From Clostridiales bacterium (GTDB lineage: Bacteria; Bacillota; Clostridia; Oscillospirales; Acutalibacteraceae): a stretch of 64,000 nucleotides of DNA. The notes below the pieces were generated by a model. The model did not search any database. It saw nothing but the letters and a program-made list of their open reading frames with translations, and was not told the DNA's origin. The first letter of the stretch is position 1; the number at the start of each line of letters is the position of its first letter. Below are positions 58,401 through 64,000 of the stretch, in pieces. The stretch spans positions 625 to 64,624 of the forward strand of contig JAAYUL010000125.1 of the NCBI GenBank assembly GCA_012517675.1, read 5' to 3'. Both the position numbers and the translations under genes were made by a program.

Positions 58401-59811
58401 CCGGATTGACAAAGGTGTCAAAGCTGTCTACAACCTCTCCGTTTTTGATTTTGACGGCGCCGATTTCCGTAATGCGCTCCTTGCCGGGGTTCAGGCCGGT
58501 GGTCTCAATATCGAAGGAGATAAATTCATCCTGCAAAGATTGGTCGGATTCCCCTTTGACCGCGGGAACAAGGTCGTTGACAAAATAGGCTTCCACCCCG
58601 TAAATCACTTTGATCGCCTTGTCTTTTTTCTTCAAATCGGCCGCCGCGTTCATAGCGTCAGGAAAAGCCTGCGCCACGCCGTGGTCGGTAATCGCGATCG
58701 CCGTATGCCCCCATTCCGCCGCCCTGCGGATCAGGTCGCCCGCGGAATTGACGCCGTCCATGCTGGACATGTTGGTATGCAGGTGGAGCTCCACACGCTT
58801 TGTTTCCGCGGTATCCATAACCTTCACCTGCGCCGCGGTGCAGATGCTTTTGGGGCGCAGAACAATTTCATGGTCATATTTGTCATATTCCACGTCGCCG
58901 CGCGCCACAACGGTCATACCCTTGCTCAGGGTGTCGAGCGCCCTGCACTGGGATACCATTTCGATGACCTTCAAGGTAATGGAGCTGGTGTAATCGGTAA
59001 TATTGATGGAATAGATTTTCCGCTGCTGGTCGCGGGTCGTTTTCTGCTCAATGGAGAAAATTTCGCCCCATACCGTCGCATTGCCGATGTCCGACGTGAC
59101 TTTGCTGATCGGGATCGGCTTTGCCCTTGCCGCGTGCCCGTAAAGCTCCCGGATGCTTTCCGGGACAATGGCGGGCATCAGCGTCTCCCCCGTGCGGACA
59201 TTGATGGTTTTCGGCGTTTTTTTATGGTCCATTCCCGCTTCGTATTCTTCCACTTCGGCCACAACCGCCGCGCGGCGTACTTTTTCCTGCTGTATTTGCT
59301 GCTTTTTTATATAGACGGGGTCTTCGCAGCTGATGGAGATCACGCCGTCAAATGCCACCTGAAGCGAAACGCCGAATTCCTCCCGGATCAGTCCGGCCAG
59401 CAGCCGGTCGATTTTGCGGGAAAGCAGAAGATCCTTTCCTCCGTGCGTCAGCGAGATCATCAGCCTTCCGTTTTCGATTCGGGCGGTGGAATCGGAAAGC
59501 GTGCCGTTCACACAGGCTTCCCTGCGCTTCAGTTCCAGAATCAGGTTCGGGTAATAATCCAGGCTGAACTGGTCGGGCCGGTAGCGCGGCAGGATGCTCG
59601 CCTTTGCAAGCATCAGCTCCTTGCAGGAGGAAAAGCGGGTTTCCACGTCATAAAGCATGCGGCGCTCCACCAAAGATGGAAACGCCACTTCCGCAGTCAG
59701 AATTCGTTTTTTCGTGTCGATCTGCAGGGCGGAAACCGTTCCGCCCCGCATCGCGGCAGGCAGCTTGTTCACATCTATGTAAGCGCCGAAAAAATCGCCA
59801 AAAGTTTTCAC
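55471..59811 (-). CDS. polC: DNA polymerase III PolC-type (Gram-positive replicative polymerase)
   Basis: 1446 aa. Has a PHP domain (HLHTNMSSMDG) and an inserted DnaQ-like exonuclease (SFDIETTGL...HNADFD), along with zinc-finger Cys pairs (CPNC...CPVC), polymerase core and C-terminal HhH. Confidence 0.95.
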   Translation of the reverse strand: MKTFGDFFGAYIDVNKLPAAMRGGTVSALQIDTKKRILTAEVAFPSLVERRMLYDVETRFSSCKELMLAKASILPRYRPDQFSLDYYPNLILELKRREACVNGTLSDSTARIENGRLMISLTHGGKDLLLSRKIDRLLAGLIREEFGVSLQVAFDGVISISCEDPVYIKKQQIQQEKVRRAAVVAEVEEYEAGMDHKKTPKTINVRTGETLMPAIVPESIRELYGHAARAKPIPISKVTSDIGNATVWGEIFSIEQKTTRDQQRKIYSINITDYTSSITLKVIEMVSQCRALDTLSKGMTVVARGDVEYDKYDHEIVLRPKSICTAAQVKVMDTAETKRVELHLHTNMSSMDGVNSAGDLIRRAAEWGHTAIAITDHGVAQAFPDAMNAAADLKKKDKAIKVIYGVEAYFVNDLVPAVKGESDQSLQDEFISFDIETTGLNPGKERITEIGAVKIKNGEVVDSFDTFVNPEMPIPAKITELTGITDEMVKDAPSEEEAIRAFYRFCGEAAVLIAHNADFDTSFIRVAAKRHGMDFQYTYIDTVPMCRSMLKGIKNCKLDTVAKYLKLDPFNHHRACDDAAVLGKIFIALIVRLQEDTGAETVRDINSSLAGGDPKKMKSYHQIILVKNKAGLKNLYKLISKAHLQYFYRNPRIPKSELIKHRDGLIIGSACEAGELFRAISGAQPWQTLCEIAGFYDYLEIQPLGNNEFMVRDGLVQNEEQLKEYNRTVVKLGEALHKPVVATCDVHFMDPKDANYRKILMAGQGFADADLQAPLYLRTTDEMLREFAYLGREKAYEVVVKNSNLIADMAEEITPIPPGTFPPFIEGAEEQLTDITWKRAKEVYGDPLPDIVKNRLDRELGSITKHGFSILYMTAQKLVADSVEHGYLVGSRGSVGSSFVANMSGISEVNPLEPHYVCPNCRHSEFITDGSYGSGFDLPPKKCPVCGTEYNRDGHTIPFETFLGFDGDKTPDIDLNFSGEYQSSAHRYTETLFGKDNVFKAGTIATVADKTALGFVKKYAESKGMVLHRAEELRLATGCTGIKRTTGQHPGGMVVVPKGMEIYDFCPVQHPANDQKSDNITTHFDFHSIHDTICKLDELGHDVPTIYRYLENYTGIPVMDVSMSDPAVMSLFTSTEALGVKPEDIDSRTGTFSLPEVGTSFVRQMLIDSQPKTFSDLLQVSGLSHGTDVWLGNAQDLIKNGTCTISEVIGTRDSIMTYLLHKGLEPKMAFKIMEITRKGKATKLLTEEHINAMKEHGVPQWYIDSCMKIKYMFPKAHAAAYMISTLRLGWYKVHYPVEYYAAYFTVRGEDFDGALVTQGRDAVRRRMNEISMKGKEASAKEEAAYSTFQIVNEMLARGIEVLPVDLYRSDARKYLVEDKKIRLPFSSLSGVGESAAQSLAQAKESGPYISVDDLQTRAKVSKSVIETLGAAGVLTGLPQSSQMTLF

Positions 59812-59826
59812 CGGGTATTCATTCCT

Positions 59827-60870
59827 TTACAGTTTCTCAATCTCTTCCATTAAGCTGTCCACCAGTTGATTTTCCGGTACCTTGCGCACAATTTCGCCTC
59901 TTTTGAAAATCAGCCCGACTCCGTCTCCGCCGGCAATCCCAATATCGGCCTCCCGGGCTTCTCCGGGGCCGTTTACCACACAGCCCATCACGGCGACTTT
60001 GATGTTTTTATTGCAGCCCGCGAGGCGATTCTCCACCTCTCCGGCGATTCGGATCAAATCGATCCGCGTCCTTCCGCAGGTCGGGCAGGAAACCAGCTGA
60101 ACCCCGCCGGCATTCATTCCGAGCGCCTTTAAAATATCGAATCCGGCACGGACTTCCTTGACGGGGTCGGCTGTCAGAGAAACGCGGATCGTGTCGCCGA
60201 TGCCCCGCTGCAGCAGTGAGCCGATTCCGATGGCGGACTTGATCAGCCCCATGCGTTCCGTTCCGGCCTCGGTAACGCCGAGGTGCAGCGGATAGCTGCA
60301 TTTCCGGGCGGCAAGCTCATAGGCGCGGATCATCGTGTCCACGCTGGAGGATTTGATGGAGATCACAATCTGGTCAAAATCGAATTTCTCCAGAAGAGAC
60401 GTGTGGTACAGCGCGCTTTCCACCAGCGCTTCCGGTGTGGGGCTTCCGTATTTTGCAAGGATTTCTTTTTCCAGCGAGCCGGAATTCACCCCGATTCGAA
60501 TCGGGATGTTCCTGTCGCGGCAGGCGTGCGCCACCGCCCTGACCCTGTCGTCCGAACCGATATTTCCCGGATTGATCCGGATTTTATCGATTCCAGCGGC
60601 AACGGATTCGAGCGCGAGGCGGTAATCGAAATGGATGTCCGCGACCAGCGGAACCGAAACGGCCTTCTTGATCGCGGGTATCAGACGGACCGCGTCCATG
60701 TCCGGAATGGCGGCGCGGATGATCTGGCAGCCCGCCTGTTCCAGCGCAACCGCCTGGCGGACGCTGCCCTCCAGGTCTGTGGAGGGCACGTTCAGCATGG
60801 ACTGCACGGACACGGGAGAGCCGCCGCCAATGGGTATGTTTCCCGCATAAACGATTTTAGAATTCCTCAT
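59827..60870 (-). CDS. ispG: 4-hydroxy-3-methylbut-2-en-1-yl diphosphate synthase (flavodoxin)
   Basis: 347 aa. Contains VQSMLN, IRINPGNIG and the [4Fe-4S] ligands VSCPTCGR...GCVVNGPGE. Confidence 0.92.
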   Translation of the reverse strand: MRNSKIVYAGNIPIGGGSPVSVQSMLNVPSTDLEGSVRQAVALEQAGCQIIRAAIPDMDAVRLIPAIKKAVSVPLVADIHFDYRLALESVAAGIDKIRINPGNIGSDDRVRAVAHACRDRNIPIRIGVNSGSLEKEILAKYGSPTPEALVESALYHTSLLEKFDFDQIVISIKSSSVDTMIRAYELAARKCSYPLHLGVTEAGTERMGLIKSAIGIGSLLQRGIGDTIRVSLTADPVKEVRAGFDILKALGMNAGGVQLVSCPTCGRTRIDLIRIAGEVENRLAGCNKNIKVAVMGCVVNGPGEAREADIGIAGGDGVGLIFKRGEIVRKVPENQLVDSLMEEIEKL

Positions 60871-61985
60871 CAGCCACCAAGTCCCTTTCCGGTAAACAAG
60901 CGCAGGATGTCACTGAACGTGATGATCACCATGAAACCGATCAGTACGAAAAATCCCGCGGCATGCACCCATCCCTCGTATTTCGGGTCGATGGGTTTGC
61001 GGCGAATCCCCTCCAGAATCAGAAAGACAAGCCGGCCGCCGTCCAGCGCGGGCAGCGGAAGCAGATTTACAACCCCGAGGTTGACCGTAATGATCATCAT
61101 CATCATCAGAATGTTGTTCAGAGCCGCCATAAAATTCTGCTGCAGCCCAATGGAAGCCGCCTCTCCGATCGCGCTTGCCGCGCCGACAGGGCCCGCCACG
61201 TCATTAAAGCCGAATTTGCCGGTTGCAAGGCCGACCAGGCTGTACCAGATCATTCTGACGGTCGAAACCGTATCCCGAACGGACTGGATGACCAGGGTCC
61301 CAACATTTTTGGAGATTGGCTCCACATAAAAATCAATGGAAAGGATATTTTTTCCGTTGATTGTTCTTGTGTTGAACTTGACGTTTTCAAACGACAGTTC
61401 TTTCCCGCCGCGCAGGACTTCAAGATCAACACTTGCGGGATTTGCAGTGGACAGTGCGAATTCCAGGTCGCGTGACCCATTGATCTTGTATCCGTCTATG
61501 CTGGTGAAAACGTCGCCCGTTTTCAGCCCCGCCGCCTGTGTCGCTGAGTTTTCGGTAAATGCCGCGACGGTGGTGGAACTGAACGCCTGCTGCTGACCCA
61601 AAAGAATCATCATCAGAATCAGCCCGAAAATGATATTCATGACGGCGCCCATGACAACCACAAGGATGCGCTTCCAGACGGGCTTCGTATTAAAGGCTCC
61701 TTCTTCGGCGCTCTCCCCGTCTTCCCCCTCCATGGCGCAAAAACCGCCGATGGGAAAAAGGCGAAGCGCGTACTTCGTTTCGCCTTTTGTAAAATGCAGG
61801 ATCGTGGGCCCCATGCCGATGGCAAATTCATTCACACGGATTCCGCTCAGCTTGGCGGTCATAAAATGACCGAATTCATGAATAAAAATAATAAAGCCAA
61901 ATAAGAGAACCGCAATAACAATCAACAATGCCTGTGTAATCAGAACCACCTCATTAATGGCCGGCCATGTCCGCCACAACATCAC
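60870..61985 (-). CDS. rseP: RIP metalloprotease RseP/RasP (M50 site-2 protease)
   Basis: Contains HEFGHF, a PDZ domain (AAGLKTGDVFTSIDG) and NLLPLPALDGGR. The start is uncertain: the listed start overlaps dxr by 32 nt, and a GAGGTGG element lies inside that overlap. Confidence 0.85.
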   Translation of the reverse strand: MMLWRTWPAINEVVLITQALLIVIAVLLFGFIIFIHEFGHFMTAKLSGIRVNEFAIGMGPTILHFTKGETKYALRLFPIGGFCAMEGEDGESAEEGAFNTKPVWKRILVVVMGAVMNIIFGLILMMILLGQQQAFSSTTVAAFTENSATQAAGLKTGDVFTSIDGYKINGSRDLEFALSTANPASVDLEVLRGGKELSFENVKFNTRTINGKNILSIDFYVEPISKNVGTLVIQSVRDTVSTVRMIWYSLVGLATGKFGFNDVAGPVGAASAIGEAASIGLQQNFMAALNNILMMMMIITVNLGVVNLLPLPALDGGRLVFLILEGIRRKPIDPKYEGWVHAAGFFVLIGFMVIITFSDILRLFTGKGLGG

Positions 61986-63105
61986 GCGCGGCGCGGTCGG
62001 CGTTTATTATATCATCGACAGACGTCACCGGGGCGTCGGGCTGGTTTTCCATCGCTTTGAAAACCAAATCGCCAATTTCCGTAAAAGGAATCCGTCCCTG
62101 CAAAAAAAGCTTCACGGCAACTTCATTTGCACCGTTGGCGGCGGCAGGCGCCAGCCCGCCGCGTTCCATCGCCCGCCTGCAGGCGCGCAGGCAGGAAAAG
62201 GTTTCTTCGTCCGGTTCATAAAAGGAGAGCGTCCTGCACTGCGTAAGGCTCAGCTGCTTTACGGGAGAGGGAAAACGATCCGGCCAGGTGAACGCATACT
62301 GAATCGGAATGCGCATATCCGGAACGCCAAGCTGCGCTATGACCGAATTGTCCTGATACTCAATCATGGAATGGACGATGCTTTCGCGGTGTACCACAAC
62401 ATCGATCTGTGAGGCGGAAAGGCCGAAAAGCCAGCCGGCCTCCATAATTTCAAGCCCCTTGTTCATCATGGTCGCGGAATCGATCGTCACCTTGGCGCCC
62501 ATATTCCAATTGGGATGCTTCAATGCCTGCTGCGGCGTTACCGAGTACAGTTCCTCCGGTGTTTTCCCAAAGAACGGGCCGCCGGAAGCGGTCAGAATCA
62601 CGCGCTTGAGCGCCTTTTTCCCCGGACAACCCTGCAGACACTGAAAAACAGCGGAATGTTCGCTGTCCACCGGCAAAATAGAAACATTCTGTTCCTTCGC
62701 GGCTTTCATGACCAATGCACCGCCGGCAACCAGCGTTTCCTTATTGGCAAGCGCAACGTCCTTTTTTGCCGCGACGGCCGCAAGGGTCGGCTGTAAACCC
62801 ACCATGCCGACAACCGAATTCAGAACGGCGTCCGCCTGCCGGACGGATGCGGCCTCGCAAAGGCCCTCCATTCCCTGCAGCACACGCACGGGAAGGTCGG
62901 CAACGGAGGTTCGCAGAGATTTTGCCGCATTTAAGTCAAAAACCGCAACTACTTGCGGTTTAAATTCCCGAATCTGACGCTCAAGCAGAACGGTATTGGA
63001 ATGTGCGGACAACGCGCAAACCTCAAGCCCAAGCCGGCGAATCACATCGAGCGCCTGTGTCCCAATGGAACCGGTCGAACCTAATATGGAAATACATCTC
63101 TTCAT
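61954..63105 (-). CDS. dxr: 1-deoxy-D-xylulose 5-phosphate reductoisomerase
   Basis: 383 aa. Contains ILGSTGSIGTQALDV, LANKETLV, PVDSEHSA and NKGLE. Confidence 0.92.
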   Translation of the reverse strand: MKRCISILGSTGSIGTQALDVIRRLGLEVCALSAHSNTVLLERQIREFKPQVVAVFDLNAAKSLRTSVADLPVRVLQGMEGLCEAASVRQADAVLNSVVGMVGLQPTLAAVAAKKDVALANKETLVAGGALVMKAAKEQNVSILPVDSEHSAVFQCLQGCPGKKALKRVILTASGGPFFGKTPEELYSVTPQQALKHPNWNMGAKVTIDSATMMNKGLEIMEAGWLFGLSASQIDVVVHRESIVHSMIEYQDNSVIAQLGVPDMRIPIQYAFTWPDRFPSPVKQLSLTQCRTLSFYEPDEETFSCLRACRRAMERGGLAPAAANGANEVAVKLFLQGRIPFTEIGDLVFKAMENQPDAPVTSVDDIINADRAARDVVADMAGH

Positions 63106-63145
63106 TATTATTCACCAAAAATCCGTTTTATTGCACGCAGGCCGA

Positions 63146-63970
63146 TTAATTTATGACGATGGGCAGCACCTGAACCAGCAGATACACAAACGGCGCTTCA
63201 AAAATCACGCTGTCAAAGCGGTCGAGAATCCCGCCGTGGCCCGGAATGATTTCACTGAAATCTTTAATATGGCAGCTGCGTTTAATGAGCGAAAAGCTCA
63301 GGTCTCCTAAAATAGACAGCAGCGTGCCGATCACCCCGATGATCAACAGGGAGACATACGACACCCCGACGCTGTGGCGGTAATAAAGCACCTGAAAAAT
63401 ATAGCCGAAAATCAGCATTGCGGCAATATTCAGAACAAAACCGCCGATGACGCCCTCAATTGTTTTCTTTGGGCTGATATTGGGGCAGAGCTTATGCTTT
63501 CCCCAGATGCTTCCGGCGAGAAATGCGCCGGTGTCCGCAATCCATGCCGAAGAAATCGCAATGATAACGTAGAACATTCCGTGGGAGCCGCCGCTGTCGC
63601 GAATATTGATAATCGTCTCAAGCGCGGTCGGAATCATCAGCGCCATGCTGTAAATGACCCCAAGCTCGCGGAAGGTGACAAATTGATGATAAATGATCAA
63701 AGAGCCAAACATCACCACGGTATAGGCAAAATAGAACAAAAACTGAAAATAAGAGCTGACAACAAACGGAAGAGCGCAGGCGAACACCAGGCTGGGTACC
63801 AGCAAAATGTAGTTTTTGGATAACCCGAGAGCGGAAATAATTTCATAGACAGACAAGACCGAAACCAAAGCAATTGCAATGTTCAGCGCCATGGGGAAGC
63901 TGTGATTGAATACAACGATGGCTGCAAAGAAAAAAATAATGGTTACAGCGGAAGTGACTCTGTCTTTCAA
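63146..63970 (-). CDS. cdsA: Phosphatidate cytidylyltransferase
   Basis: 274 aa, polytopic. Contains the CDS signature SLIKRSCHIKDFSEIIPGHGGILDRFDS. TTG start. Confidence 0.88.
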   Translation of the reverse strand: MKDRVTSAVTIIFFFAAIVVFNHSFPMALNIAIALVSVLSVYEIISALGLSKNYILLVPSLVFACALPFVVSSYFQFLFYFAYTVVMFGSLIIYHQFVTFRELGVIYSMALMIPTALETIINIRDSGGSHGMFYVIIAISSAWIADTGAFLAGSIWGKHKLCPNISPKKTIEGVIGGFVLNIAAMLIFGYIFQVLYYRHSVGVSYVSLLIIGVIGTLLSILGDLSFSLIKRSCHIKDFSEIIPGHGGILDRFDSVIFEAPFVYLLVQVLPIVIN

Positions 63971-64000
63971 TTAAACCCCTCCAAAACGCCTGTTGCGTCT
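63971..64000 (-). CDS. uppS: 3' end of a probable isoprenyl transferase (undecaprenyl-diphosphate synthase); the gene runs off the right edge
   Basis: Only 9 codons are visible (..RRNRRFGGV*). The RRFGG C-terminus and the uppS-cdsA-dxr-rseP synteny fit UppS. Confidence 0.4.
   Translation of the reverse strand, partial: RRNRRFGGV

Overview
This 64-kb window looks like a chromosomal segment of a moderately high-GC, endospore-forming Firmicute. The class is probably Clostridia, inferred from PolC, spoIIGA-sigE, spoIIM, cwlD, dpaAB and a SCIFF peptide locus. About 85% of it is core housekeeping DNA, mostly on the minus strand.

Core operons, in order:
- A lysine-riboswitch-controlled asd-dapA-dapB-ACT operon, then queA-tgt-yajC.
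- radA, cwlD, spoIIGA-sigE, a YfhO-family protein and a T-box-controlled tyrS.
- recN-argR-nadK-tlyA-dxs-folD-lgt and an M16 peptidase pair.
- metY, dpaAB, murC, radC-uvrB-uvrA and pyrE.
- A hisZGDCBAIE operon, then polC-ispG-rseP-dxr-cdsA-uppS.

No rRNA, tRNA, CRISPR array or transposase was seen.

The non-core content falls in two places:
1. A two-gene SCIFF ranthipeptide locus at 7.7-9.4 kb. It has a 48-codon six-cysteine precursor that the ORF track missed, plus a radical-SAM/SPASM maturase. The family is already described, but its biological role is unknown.
2. A patch at about 11.3-17 kb that looks lower in GC by eye. It holds a YesL-like membrane protein, an extra tyrosine recombinase, a frameshifted recombinase remnant and several palindromes or repeats. 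It also holds an operon of a HlyD-type adaptor, a MacB/FtsX-type permease with no ATPase gene, and a translationally coupled uncharacterised 254-aa protein. That last protein is possibly DUF6873, with a predicted guanidino-modifying-enzyme fold.

I see no compelling evidence for a wholly new multi-gene system. The ATPase-less pump plus unknown enzyme and the SCIFF locus are the best leads.

All calls come from reading the sequence and recalling protein families; no searches or computations were run.
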